Positions 36,754 through 47,210 of a stretch of DNA of 64,000 bases are shown piece by piece. The DNA comes from Bdellovibrionales bacterium (GTDB lineage: Bacteria > Bdellovibrionota > Bdellovibrionia > Bdellovibrionales > UBA1609), in NCBI GenBank assembly GCA_041740515.1, contig JBGSLV010000027.1, positions 6,144-70,143 on the forward strand. Reading direction: 5' to 3'. The position numbers and the translations under genes are program-made. The notes beneath the pieces are model-generated. The model was not told the origin of the DNA. It did not search any database and saw only the letters and a list, made by a program, of their open reading frames with translations. Position 1 is the first letter of the stretch. Every line of letters begins with the position of its first letter.

Positions 36754-38610
36754 TTAAGAATTTTTAAATTTGATACCGACAAAACCAGTTTGATCACTTC
36801 GTACCACTTGGGCTTTGTATCTTAAGGTCTCACCATTGCCAAAAATTAGATTTAAAATCAATGTGCCAGAGGAAGAGCTATAATTATAATTGAGAGCATC
36901 ACCTAACAGCTGCAGTCCGGCCCCTGTCGTTGAAATGTTTTTAACCAAAACGGGAAGAATCCACCCATTGTCTAAAATCATTTGGCCCTGCATATTTACC
37001 GTTTTTCGTTCATTTTTACGTTTATCATTCTTTGCCATTCGCTGCTTTAGGCCCAATAGAAGTAAAACAGGTATAAAGAGTAAGATGCTACTAATATTAA
37101 ACTTTCGTTGATTTAACTGCATCTCAGGTTTGGTTTGTAAAAACTGATTATTATGATCTTGATAAAAATCTGCTACACGACCACAACCCAATCCAGAACT
37201 TACAGGATCTGACGAGGCTAAACTTCGATTACCTTGAGTATAAAGCGGTGTGTAGTTGGGTTGAGAGTTAGGATCTAACTGGTGCTCAAAGGCAAGAGCT
37301 ACCGCATTTTCAAAATTTATACGTCGGCCAGTTTTAATATAAATGTCACAAGCAGCGTTGTAATCCGCGGATTCTAATAAAATTTGTTTAATTTGATATC
37401 CTGACAAATTTGGTGCCACCAAAGCAATCATAGCCGCTAGCCCCGCAACAAAGGGCGATGCCATACTGGTACCTGTACTTGTATCAAATCCATTGACTGC
37501 AAATCGCATTGGATATGTACTATAAATCGCATTTCCTGGAGCAAATACGTCGACGGAATTTGGCCCAAAATTCGAAAAACTTGAGCGACACTGATCGACA
37601 CCACCATCATTCACATTGGACCAATTTCTGTTCGAAGACGTCGAAGCTACGCTGATCATACTTGGTAAATCCAAAGAGGACGGATAAATAGGAGCACTGT
37701 CATTATTGCTGGAACTGTTTCCTGCAGCAGCAACAATCACAATCCCATTATTATAAGCTGTGGTCAGAGCGGAATGAAGGGTCGAGCTATAGCTGCCGCC
37801 ACCCCAAGAGTTATTTATAACTTTGGCCCCACGATTTATCGCATAATTAATGGCATTGATCGCATCTGAGGTTTTACCAACACCCGACTCGTTTAAAAAC
37901 TTTAGGGGTAAAATTTGAACTCGAGGACTTGATGAAGCCCTAAATTCAAAAATATTTTCCGTACTTCCAAGAACGATACCAGAAACATGAGTCCCATGGC
38001 CGGTGTCGTCAGCTATATTTGATGAATTGCTGATAAAGTTCCAGCCGCTGACATCGTCAATATAGCCATTCCTATCATCATCTATGCCATTACCTGCAAT
38101 TTCATCTAAATTTTGGTAAACTCTATCTGTTTGATTGTAGATAGGATGAGTTAAATCTAAACCTGAATCGATAATGGCCACTATAGGTAAATCTTCAATG
38201 GCTCCAGGATTTGGCAGGATCGCCCAAGATTCCCGGATTCTGACAGGAGTACTGGTCATGGCATAGGGTAAATTGCTGGCATAGACATAAAAATTGGGTT
38301 CGGCAAATTCAACATTGGGGTCTCGTTTTAAATCATGAAGAATAGCTTCAAGATTTTCCCCAGGTTTAGTTTTAAAATGATTGATATTTAAACCCTTCCA
38401 AGATCTATGGTTTTGCAACTGAAACTGGGCAGCAACTTTACCTTGAACTGCGAACGAAGATGAAGTCTCTTTAAACTTTACAATAATCTCGTTGGGAACA
38501 ACGTCTTTGGCATCATAAGCCTTTGCAGAAACTGATATGAAAAGTATTAAAACTATAAACCTTACAAGAGCTAAAAACGACATTAGGTTTAGTTTCGAAA
38601 AACCATTCAT
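36754..38610 (-). CDS. subtilisin-like (S8) serine protease fused via a TM helix to a C-terminal PilZ domain
   Basis: Signal peptide. Triad motifs VAIIDSGLD, HGTHVSGIV, GTSMASPFVAG. TM ISSILLFIPVLLLLGL. PilZ motifs KRKNERK (RxxxR) and VKNISTTGAGLQL (D/NxSxxG), with ...AQVVRSDQTGFVGIKF. Confidence 0.8.
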   Translation of the reverse strand: MNGFSKLNLMSFLALVRFIVLILFISVSAKAYDAKDVVPNEIIVKFKETSSSFAVQGKVAAQFQLQNHRSWKGLNINHFKTKPGENLEAILHDLKRDPNVEFAEPNFYVYASNLPYAMTSTPVRIRESWAILPNPGAIEDLPIVAIIDSGLDLTHPIYNQTDRVYQNLDEIAGNGIDDDRNGYIDDVSGWNFISNSSNIADDTGHGTHVSGIVLGSTENIFEFRASSSPRVQILPLKFLNESGVGKTSDAINAINYAINRGAKVINNSWGGGSYSSTLHSALTTAYNNGIVIVAAAGNSSSNNDSAPIYPSSLDLPSMISVASTSSNRNWSNVNDGGVDQCRSSFSNFGPNSVDVFAPGNAIYSTYPMRFAVNGFDTSTGTSMASPFVAGLAAMIALVAPNLSGYQIKQILLESADYNAACDIYIKTGRRINFENAVALAFEHQLDPNSQPNYTPLYTQGNRSLASSDPVSSGLGCGRVADFYQDHNNQFLQTKPEMQLNQRKFNISSILLFIPVLLLLGLKQRMAKNDKRKNERKTVNMQGQMILDNGWILPVLVKNISTTGAGLQLLGDALNYNYSSSSGTLILNLIFGNGETLRYKAQVVRSDQTGFVGIKFKNS

Positions 38611-38827
38611 AGGTTCTTTTCGGCAGAACTTTAACTAAAACTTAAAACATTATTTTTAAAATATATGTATCAATATGAAACTAATTTATTTAAGTTATGA
38701 ATGATATTACTGAATATATGGGTCGTTTTAATTTTTAAAATGTCTAGACTTGGGTTCAAACTAATAAATGGATAAGATAGACGTTTTTGGGCTAATAAAT
38801 TCTGCAAATATTCAAGATTAAACACAT

Positions 38828-39649
38828 TTGTATTTTAATAGTCAAATATACCTAGGCAAAGTTCTTATTTTTGGTTTAAAAGATGGTTCTAAAAAACCAA
38901 GGATGAACATGTCGAAACGTATAAAACATCATGCAAAAAAAGCGTCTAAAGCACTAATTGCAATCGGGTCCGTTTATCTTCTCATTGCGTATTTGCTGCT
39001 ACCACAATTTTGGAATCAGTTCGAGGATACGCCTTCATTGGTCCTCACTCCACACCTCACCTACACGGCTGACAAAATACCTGGTGATCCCATCAATCTT
39101 GCGATTTATGCTACTGAACAGGAACTGATAAACGCATATTTAAATGCAAATTTCACCCAAGCCTCAGCTCTGAATATTCGAGATGACATACGTATTGGCG
39201 TAAGTGTAGTTTTTGATCGCCCAGATCGTAATGCCCCTGTAAGTAATTTGTATTTATGGAATCGCAAACAAGATTTAGCTTTTGAACAAGAGGCTGGACA
39301 AAGTGCCGACCATCGCCATCATGTTCGTTTTTGGAAATCCACCCAAACATCCCATGACAAAAGGCCTTTATGGCTTGGATCAGCCACTTTTGATAAAGGC
39401 TCTGGCCTTAGTCATCGCACAGGACAAATCACCCATCATATCGCGGCCGATATAGACAAAGAACGAGACTACGACCTTCGCTCTTTGATTGCGACACAAC
39501 AGGTTTTGAAATGGCACCAAGCCCCAGGTGTAGGAGCCACTCAAGATAGTCGAAATGGGGGTGGTGATAGATATTTTACCGATGGAAAAATGACTGTGAT
39601 TGTTTTAACACCAAAAAAAAATAGTGATAGTGAACCTCCCCAAGGTTAA
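38828..39649 (+). CDS. LssY-C-terminus-like membrane-anchored protein
   Basis: TM anchor, then DPINLAIYATEQELINAY...HHVRFW...PLWLGSATFD, reminiscent of the LssY C-terminal domain. The true start is probably MNMSKR (about 38904). Confidence 0.5.
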   Translation: MYFNSQIYLGKVLIFGLKDGSKKPRMNMSKRIKHHAKKASKALIAIGSVYLLIAYLLLPQFWNQFEDTPSLVLTPHLTYTADKIPGDPINLAIYATEQELINAYLNANFTQASALNIRDDIRIGVSVVFDRPDRNAPVSNLYLWNRKQDLAFEQEAGQSADHRHHVRFWKSTQTSHDKRPLWLGSATFDKGSGLSHRTGQITHHIAADIDKERDYDLRSLIATQQVLKWHQAPGVGATQDSRNGGGDRYFTDGKMTVIVLTPKKNSDSEPPQG

Positions 39650-39816
39650 GTGAATTTTCATTATTAAAACACCTAAAAAAGGTCCTACTCTACTAAGTAG
39701 ACTAATTTTTTATTAGCTTTGATATTGATCTGAACGTACATATTGTTGCACCAAAATAAATTAATTTTGGTGCTCAACTTGCACATAGACAGCTACATGA
39801 ACTTAGCTGGAGAGTA

Positions 39817-40974
39817 TTGATGTTTTGGGCACAAATTTTTTATAAATTGTATATGTCTTTTTGTATTTATTTTATTTTTTTGACCACTCCCGCACTTTCA
39901 GCTGTCGAGCAGAAGTTTGATATTGATGAAAATCCTGAATTTATTCTTGAGACCGAGCGACACTCTGGCAATGGAATTTACAATAATAACGTAAATATAC
40001 CTGTCATTCCTATTTCAGGATTTATTACCGATCAGAAGCAAAATAATCATTTAATTAGTTTATAGGGAATTCCTTATAATTCTCAATTCCCAGGTGAATG
40101 GATATGGATTGATCCACGCAACCCACTTGTTCTAACTCTCATTTTCCCAGGGGGCGGCGGACAACAAACTGTTAACTTGGGTTTAAACGAAGTCATTTCA
40201 CTCAAATATCATTTTGAACACTCTGCCTTTCCGATTGCAGCTGGTGCTTGGCTGACTGTCAAAGGAATTCGGGAGTACCAAGGTCAGCTTCAAGAAGTAG
40301 AAATCGAGATAAAAATAACTGATGGATTTGGCGGCTACCTCGACACGAAGTGGACCCTGCCTTTATTAAATAACGAAGAAAAAGAATTTGTAGCGAAGGA
40401 ACCAATTAAAATAACCGTGAGCGATACGCATCCCCGCAACTTACCACCTGAGGGAATAGATCTGGCTCCTAAACCAGTTCCAACCACTGAGGCTCGACCT
40501 TTTGTGAGTATTTTTACTCCGTTGCCTGTTTTAATGTGGTCTGATAATTTCGGCTTTATTGATATCAAAATCAAAGTATCGAAGAATCTACACATGTGGG
40601 ACTCCGCAGTAGGTTTTGCAAACCCTAATTATTTGCCTACAGACGCAGAGGTTATTCAATTTCCATCACCAGAGGCCTTACCTCCAGAATTTATTTTTAT
40701 CCGCATTTCGTATGATAATGAGCTTGCAGAAACTCTTAGAATGTTGTTTGCACAAGATAATCAACATATGAATTTGGCACTGCAGATTTCTGGAAAATCT
40801 TATCGCACGGACCGGACCTACACAGAAGCAGACAAGGTATTAGGCACATCAGAGCCTACTGAACATTTTGGTACTTATCACAATATAAATTTTGGATCCG
40901 ATGTAAAATTGAGAGTTTTAACTTACCCAAAAACTAATCCGTACACTTGCAGTTCCTACCTAGGGGCAAAGTAA
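39817..40974 (+). pseudogene. secreted hypothetical protein gene interrupted by one in-frame TAG (40063..40065)
   Basis: ORFs 39817..40065 and 40177..40974 are in the same frame. The stretch between them (GIPYNSQFPGEWIWIDPRNPLVLTLIFPGGGGQQTVN) has no stop. The N-terminus has a signal peptide (CIYFIFLTTPALSA). Confidence 0.6.
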
Positions 40975-41248
40975 TATTTGTTTCCAAATTGACCGACCTG
41001 ACCCAAACCAACTCGAAAGAGCTTTACAAAAATAATTGAGTAAAAACTTATTGATTTTGAAGGGTTAGAAACTGAAGAACTTGTTACTCATCCGTTTACA
41101 AATGAAGCTTTCATCGCATTAACATTATTAAGATACGATGATCACTGCCAAACTAAAAATAATTTAAAATTTGAAATTTAACTTTACTTAAGTGCAAAAA
41201 AAAGCAAGATATCTATTGTGAAGTTAAAGTTAGAACAAGGACTTAGCT

Positions 41249-42010
41249 ATGAAAATAAATAGTTTGTTTGTTTTTTTTTGCATTTTTAATTCTCAAGTAT
41301 TTGCAAATGAATGCAAAGATTTTTTAGCTCCAATTACTAGTGGACTAGCTTTAAATTCCGATGATATTTTTCGTACTCTGATGGATGCACCACTGAATCT
41401 ACCGCAAGAACATTGGATTTTTTTAGATGCAAATTACGGCACTCAATCTGTGACTCAATATGGAGCGCGAATAGTCCCTTCCTTGATGGGAGAACCTATT
41501 TCTACAGTTTACGAACTCATTCAATCCGCAAGTAAAGACCCATCTAATATAAGCAGAGGTCTTCGTTTAGCAAATTTAGATCCTGATCGTTTAAATAGAT
41601 ATTTTGAATTGAATCCTGATTCTGGAGAAACCCTCAAAAGTGTATTTGGTCGTGGGATTGAAGTGGCTTATGTAGTGTTAACAACAGTAAAAGGTGAACA
41701 ATTCTTTAAATATATTAGTACTTATCTTCCTGATTCAGTTGACTTTAACTTTTTGGAAATGAAAGCAATTGATAAATTTATTGAAGAAGTTGAATTGGGT
41801 TTAAAAGAAGATCAAATCATTAAATTAGATGTTTACCATAATCATCCTGAGCCTCAGCCTTTAAGCCCTGAAGATGTTGCCTTCATTCGTTCACTTGCAT
41901 TTAGAAAAGGATTTTTCTCAGAAATATTTGCTTTTGCAGAAAAAGGTGGTTCAGTATTTATCTTTGGATCTGTTTTGGCTAAGGGCGGTAGAGTTGAAAT
42001 CAGTGATTAG
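41249..42010 (+). CDS. secreted protein with C-terminal JAB/MPN (RadC-like) metalloprotease-like motif
   Basis: Signal peptide FVFFCIFNSQVFA. VYHNHPEPQPLSPEDVAFI resembles the JAMM HxH-x7-S-xx-D motif, but with spacing one residue short. Confidence 0.4.
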   Translation: MKINSLFVFFCIFNSQVFANECKDFLAPITSGLALNSDDIFRTLMDAPLNLPQEHWIFLDANYGTQSVTQYGARIVPSLMGEPISTVYELIQSASKDPSNISRGLRLANLDPDRLNRYFELNPDSGETLKSVFGRGIEVAYVVLTTVKGEQFFKYISTYLPDSVDFNFLEMKAIDKFIEEVELGLKEDQIIKLDVYHNHPEPQPLSPEDVAFIRSLAFRKGFFSEIFAFAEKGGSVFIFGSVLAKGGRVEISD

Positions 42011-42428
42011 GGCAAAGAATTTATCTGATTAAAAAAAACAAAGAAGAAATTAACACTACGTCATCTGTATCACTTCTTTCATTTATAAGGGTATTAACTT
42101 TATAAAGTAAGAATAATATCGATAAAAGCCCAAAGGCTACAAATAATAAAACAATAATTTCCATAGGATCTTTCAACATCTTATTAGATTAGATGAAAAT
42201 TAAAATTCATAATATGACGATGTAGTTGATTATAGTATTTCAGGATTAAATTACTGGAATCGTAACTGTTTATGAGCGACTCACTATCTCCACCATTTCG
42301 ATTAGAATTTAAGCACTGATAGAATTAAATATAAGATTCATTTTAGAATTCAATCAAGCTGCTCTATAGGGCTTGATTTCAGGTTCGATTTACCGAGAAG
42401 CCTATTTAAGGACTCTTTTATTGCGTCT

Positions 42429-43298
42429 TTAAAGTAAAAAGTTGTGACAGCTTTTTATTTTTGTAGCACCAACCGGACCAGCAATTTTGTTCGCAAAGTT
42501 TAGCAGTTGAAGCCTTAGATTTGAGTCTTCCAGATATGAAGGCAGAACCTCTTCTGCATGGACGGGCGCACGGTAGATTGAGACTTTTCCTTTATCATAG
42601 CCTGTAAAATCGATATGCTCCCGAAAACGGTACTGATATATTTTAGTTTCAGTGGCTTCATAAAATCCGTAGAAAAACATCGATTGCGTTTGTAAATTTG
42701 GCATAGAAAAATATATGGATTCAATAGCTCCATTTTTATAAATGACGGTAATAATTGCGTTGTAAATAGATGGATTTAAAGATTCGTCTAAATAAAATAG
42801 ATAATAGTTCGATAGGATGGATTCACCATCCTCATCCGGATATGTCTTTGTTGAATTTGAAATTATAACAGCAAGAGCTTGACTTTGATTCGGGTAAAAA
42901 ACGACTAAATTACTAAGATCGATAATTTCGAAAGGTGGGGTTAAGTCATGTGCCAAATTCGAAAAAACTCCAGGGGGTAGGCCTGCGTCACCACCGTATT
43001 GAAAATATTGAAGTACAGGCCCTACTCCAGATTTATATAGCTGGAGGCGGTTCCTTTGGTTAAAGATGTCACGCGAAAGAACACCTGAAAGAATCAAATT
43101 ATTGCCAGATTCGATTACGGATTTAGGAACGTTTTCTGGATAGATTCCTCTATTAAAAAATGTAAAAGTTGTGTGCCATGGGTTCATTTGAGGTTCTTGA
43201 TCAGGATCGCTATCTTGCGAATCAAACCCGGCTAGCATAAACAAAAAAAGTAGCAAAAATGTAGCTCTATTTAATAGCAGGCAGTGACCCTTCATCAT
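42429..43298 (-). CDS. hypothetical secreted protein
   Basis: 289-aa ORF with leader LLLFLFMLAGF. No recognised domain. Confidence 0.4.
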   Translation of the reverse strand: MMKGHCLLLNRATFLLLFLFMLAGFDSQDSDPDQEPQMNPWHTTFTFFNRGIYPENVPKSVIESGNNLILSGVLSRDIFNQRNRLQLYKSGVGPVLQYFQYGGDAGLPPGVFSNLAHDLTPPFEIIDLSNLVVFYPNQSQALAVIISNSTKTYPDEDGESILSNYYLFYLDESLNPSIYNAIITVIYKNGAIESIYFSMPNLQTQSMFFYGFYEATETKIYQYRFREHIDFTGYDKGKVSIYRAPVHAEEVLPSYLEDSNLRLQLLNFANKIAGPVGATKIKSCHNFLL

Positions 43299-43845
43299 AA
43301 ATACCCTTTAGTTATACTGTATTGGTTTTAAGGTATGCCAAAAGGGTGTGTGTAATCAAAAAAAAACTTCCGATTTAAATGTTTTACAATTAAAAATAAC
43401 ATTTAGTGTAATAGGAAAACAAAAAAAGAACTCCCCCAACTTTGCTATTTTTTGAACAAAACCCCGACGCATTTCTCTAGTGATTTTAGGTTTTTAACGC
43501 CTTCACTTCAGTCGTTATTAATTTCATATATTTCATTTTTACTAATGAACACATATCTCACAAAAATACTTTTTCCTCCAATTCCTTTTCCTTGATCTGG
43601 TCTCGATTCAAAATACGAAGTAAAAACTAAAATATTTAATGTGCCATCTTGATTGAAATCTTTAAATTTAACAGCCTCAACCTTCGCAAAATCAAACATG
43701 GTGGTAACAACTAAGTCCGAGGATGGAAGAGGATAGGAAAAACATTGTGATAATCTGCTCTCATAACGACAAAAGTTGAAAATGGCTTTTTTTTAAAATT
43801 ACGGTTTTTCCAGGGCGTCTACTATAGGACAGACTATTCGTAGCA

Positions 43846-45921
43846 TTAAAGTCTTCCATTCCGTCCTTCAGAAATTCCACTGGTAATGTAGTGCATAATC
43901 GCTGCCTTATAGTTTTTAGCTCCAAAGCCACGTTCCAACTCATTATATCGTTGTAAGTAAGTGACACTTGAAAAAAAAGGAGAACCCTGACGTCCTTCAT
44001 TAATTCCAGATGTAAGCCAATGATCTACAGCACCTGCATAGTTAAGACCGTAAGCTTTTCTTAAGTCAGGATAATGATCAACATACCAGATCACATTGAA
44101 GACCTCACTTCGCAAACTAGCCAGTCCAACCCGGCCTTCATTAGCGCCTTCCTTCACAAAATGATCAATGGCATCAATGTAGTTTGTGCTGCCGAGTCCT
44201 TCAGAATTATCCGGATATATTTTCAAATATTCGGACACTAGGAAGGTATTCGAACCTTGCCTGCCTTCTCTCATTCCATTTAAACGCCAATGCTCAGTAG
44301 CCTCGTATGTGTTGTTACCAAAGGCACTGAATAAATCTGGATAATTCTGTAAATACCAACTGGCATTAAATACCTCAGTTGGCAGAGAAAAGGTGAAGGG
44401 ATCCCAATTTAGACCGTAAAGCCTAAGCGTTCCGTTTTTGACTATGTTTCCAAATGTGAATGGCGGGCCCGTCATTGGTCCCTCGGGCCAGTAGCTCTCA
44501 ATACTAAACAGAATCTTTGCGACTTTAGGATCTTTAAAGGTATTTTCCAATACACTCATTCCCTGCCCTCGCAATCTCATCGAACCCCTCATTGAACCAA
44601 CCACATTTCGACGAATTGAGCTACCAGGGCTAGAAGTAGATACATTGAAGACCATATCCCCGTTTTGAACGATTCCTTTTACAGATCGGTCCAAGGTCAA
44701 GAGCCAACTGGAGCCTTGATCACTTACTGCCTTTACAGTCATCGTTCCATCACCGGGGAAACGTAAAGCCTTGCGGTCGGCACTAGTAATTTGAATGGAA
44801 TCACCGATTTCGTAGGTCTGACTGATTACTTTTCCGACAAGAAACTTATCATCGTCCACAAGGCTCAGGCCCGAGCAGCTAGAACTGATGTTTATATAAT
44901 CATCCCCTATATTTGAGACATTTCCATTATGAAGATGGAATTTCGCGCGACTGTCAATCAGATGGTAGGCATCGGAATTGATGGAAAGCACCCGACCCGG
45001 GGATGGTACTATTGATATACTATCGACATCGATTAATCCTGAAACGTTTACAAACACGAATCCCATGAATGGTGCAGCTCGGAGCTCAACTTGATAGAAA
45101 TTAAGGTTTGTCGACGATTGCGCAACCACACCATGAGTGACAAGAGGCGCGAAGGCTATCTGATCACCGGCCGTTACAAAATTTCGAATGTCATTGTAAG
45201 AGGTCATTTTCCACTTGCGGCCACCAAGATTTACCATTGATTTAGTTGAAAAGTAGTCCGCTAAAGCTATGGCTTTAGTCCATTTTCCAGTTGAATCAAA
45301 GACCTGTCCTGGAGGTAGTTTGCAAGATTCCAAACTAAGGCAGCTCCCAAACATGAGCGCGTCATTGGGTTCCATAAATCCATCTTGGATCTGGACAGTG
45401 ATCGTATTTATGAGATTTCGATCATTTTGGTCTGACGAAACATTGAGAACATGAACCTGAGAAAAAGGCGGTGTTTCGTAATCAATCGAAATTCCATGGA
45501 CTGTTATGTTTTTAGACTGGTCCATAAATAAAAAACCAGAAATTGGGGAAGTGATTAGAATCTTTGTTTTGCCAGGGACTCCCTGAATTTTAAGGCCGTT
45601 AACCCCACCGACATTCAAACAGTAGGACCCTGGAGTGTTGTCGCATTTTAATCGATAGACACCGGGATCTAAAATCAAAGATGTAGGAGTTTGACTTGAA
45701 AAAGCCCGATTGATGCCCGGCTGTAGATTGTTTCGATCATCTGAACTTGCGGGTATAACGATGACGGTTGATGGCTGACAAGAACCATCTACCAAAATCT
45801 GGCTGGAAGAACATAAGCTCGCGGATCGTTCAGTAAACCCCGATAAATTGCAATTCTGGAATAGGACAAAGATAAGGGTCAAAGTAAAAAAAGCCAACTT
45901 TGGAGAAAATCTTGGATTCAC
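43846..45921 (-). CDS. lipoprotein with probable right-handed beta-helix region and four C-terminal ~45-aa repeats
   Basis: Lipobox LFQNC. Central Gly/Asn/Ser-rich short-strand periodicity. The C-terminus has 4 tandem units of consensus F..YL..YPDL...FG..Y..A..HW...G..EGR.G. Confidence 0.55.
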   Translation of the reverse strand: MNPRFSPKLAFFTLTLIFVLFQNCNLSGFTERSASLCSSSQILVDGSCQPSTVIVIPASSDDRNNLQPGINRAFSSQTPTSLILDPGVYRLKCDNTPGSYCLNVGGVNGLKIQGVPGKTKILITSPISGFLFMDQSKNITVHGISIDYETPPFSQVHVLNVSSDQNDRNLINTITVQIQDGFMEPNDALMFGSCLSLESCKLPPGQVFDSTGKWTKAIALADYFSTKSMVNLGGRKWKMTSYNDIRNFVTAGDQIAFAPLVTHGVVAQSSTNLNFYQVELRAAPFMGFVFVNVSGLIDVDSISIVPSPGRVLSINSDAYHLIDSRAKFHLHNGNVSNIGDDYINISSSCSGLSLVDDDKFLVGKVISQTYEIGDSIQITSADRKALRFPGDGTMTVKAVSDQGSSWLLTLDRSVKGIVQNGDMVFNVSTSSPGSSIRRNVVGSMRGSMRLRGQGMSVLENTFKDPKVAKILFSIESYWPEGPMTGPPFTFGNIVKNGTLRLYGLNWDPFTFSLPTEVFNASWYLQNYPDLFSAFGNNTYEATEHWRLNGMREGRQGSNTFLVSEYLKIYPDNSEGLGSTNYIDAIDHFVKEGANEGRVGLASLRSEVFNVIWYVDHYPDLRKAYGLNYAGAVDHWLTSGINEGRQGSPFFSSVTYLQRYNELERGFGAKNYKAAIMHYITSGISEGRNGRL
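43849..44376 (-). repeat. four tandem coding repeats (~135 nt / 45 aa each) at the 3' end of 43846..45921
   Basis: EVFNASWYLQNYPDLFSAFG...EGRQGSNTF / LVSEYLKIYPDN...EGRVG... / EVFNVIWYVDHYPDLRKAYG...EGRQGSPFF / SSVTYLQRYNELERGFG...EGRNGRL. Confidence 0.8.
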
Positions 45922-46525
45922 AGGCTGCTACTCCTCAAATAAAAAGCTTTATGTGAAAAATATAAATTTAAAAAAGTCTTATATATAGCACTTTCAAGAT
46001 AATCCAAACGGGAAAAAGTCAAAGCAATGACTCAAACTGATTCATGAACAATACCAAGCTGTTAAACATTGTCTTAAAAAACCGCTTCACAATACTTAAG
46101 TGACTTGCAATTAGCCGTCCAGGTAAAACGTGGTTTGAGCCGACTAGATCGCCTTCAATTTTTACATTGAAAAAAATAAAGACATAAGTTGCGGAATTGT
46201 TTTCTTTGTGATTTTTTGCAAAAATTTAGGTGACAAAAGTTATTTGGGCTCGTCATGTTCAAACATCAGATTTCTTAAAAAGATCGATTTCCTGAAAAGT
46301 TAATAATTAACATTCCCGCAAATATGAATTCGCAAATAGAGATTTCAGACAATACTTTAAGGGAATAGTCTCATGGCGCAAGCAACACCTCTTGGTGGCT
46401 GCACTTACCGGTTACCTTGATCGTTCAAAGTAAATTTTTAGCAAAAAACCTATCTAATGTATTGCCATTTAATTCATGTTTATCAAGAACATTGCTAAGC
46501 CTTTTACGTCATTTATTAAGCTAGG

Positions 46526-47155
46526 TTAAGAGGTTGAAAATTCTAAATAAATTAGTGAAGATTCAGCCTCGCAGATTAGATTTTTGGTATTGCCATTCCA
46601 ACAGCCAAAAGCCAGAGGTAAAATTTTGGCCTCATTTTGACCAAGTAGCGAAGGCCAAGAGATTTTTGGGTTTTTTTCAAGACTGCCATTAACCATGACA
46701 TCTATAAGTAACTGAATATCCACTGGCCGTTGCTCACCTAGAGTTTCATAAATTTTTTCTGTCACTTCGATATTTATAGTTTCTAATTCCTTTAAGGCAT
46801 GAGCTACAAACTCATCCAACAAGACTTTATTATTTGAGTTCGATCCTTCTTGCCATAACTCGATTAAATCCTCTGAAAATAAGCGACTTGTTGGTTTTTC
46901 AAAATAAAAATTTAAAGCTAAACTTGTAATTTCTTGTCCAAAATATTGCTCTCCTAATAAAAAACAATCCCCTATGGCTTTATGCTTTAGCACTTCTTTT
47001 TTGTATTTTGGATCAAAGATTTCAACAAGACCTTGTTCGCCATAAAATAGTTTTTTTTTAGAGCCCTTAATTAGCATTTTTTCTTGAATTGATGCCAAAC
47101 TAGATGAAATTATAGCTTCGATGTAATAAGTTTCAAAAGATTTTAGAGTTATCAT
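46526..47155 (-). CDS. hypothetical cytoplasmic protein
   Basis: 209-aa ORF downstream of the ppiD-like gene. No signal peptide, no recognised motif. Confidence 0.4.
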   Translation of the reverse strand: MITLKSFETYYIEAIISSSLASIQEKMLIKGSKKKLFYGEQGLVEIFDPKYKKEVLKHKAIGDCFLLGEQYFGQEITSLALNFYFEKPTSRLFSEDLIELWQEGSNSNNKVLLDEFVAHALKELETINIEVTEKIYETLGEQRPVDIQLLIDVMVNGSLEKNPKISWPSLLGQNEAKILPLAFGCWNGNTKNLICEAESSLIYLEFSTS

Positions 47156-47210
47156 TTTTAAGTTATATCTTCCCTAGTCTAATTTTATCGAGAAACCTAA
47201 GATTTCAAAT

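Noticed and set aside
43508-43699. 63-aa ORF with an FG-GAP/VCBS-like stretch (DFNQDGTLNILVF)
   Set aside because: It is too short, and its frame is closed about 30 codons upstream of the Met. It may be a remnant of a larger gene, but I cannot support a call.
43761-44000. 79-aa ORF overlapping the 3' end of 43846..45921
   Set aside because: It overlaps, out of frame, the well-structured repeat-encoding end of the 691-aa gene.
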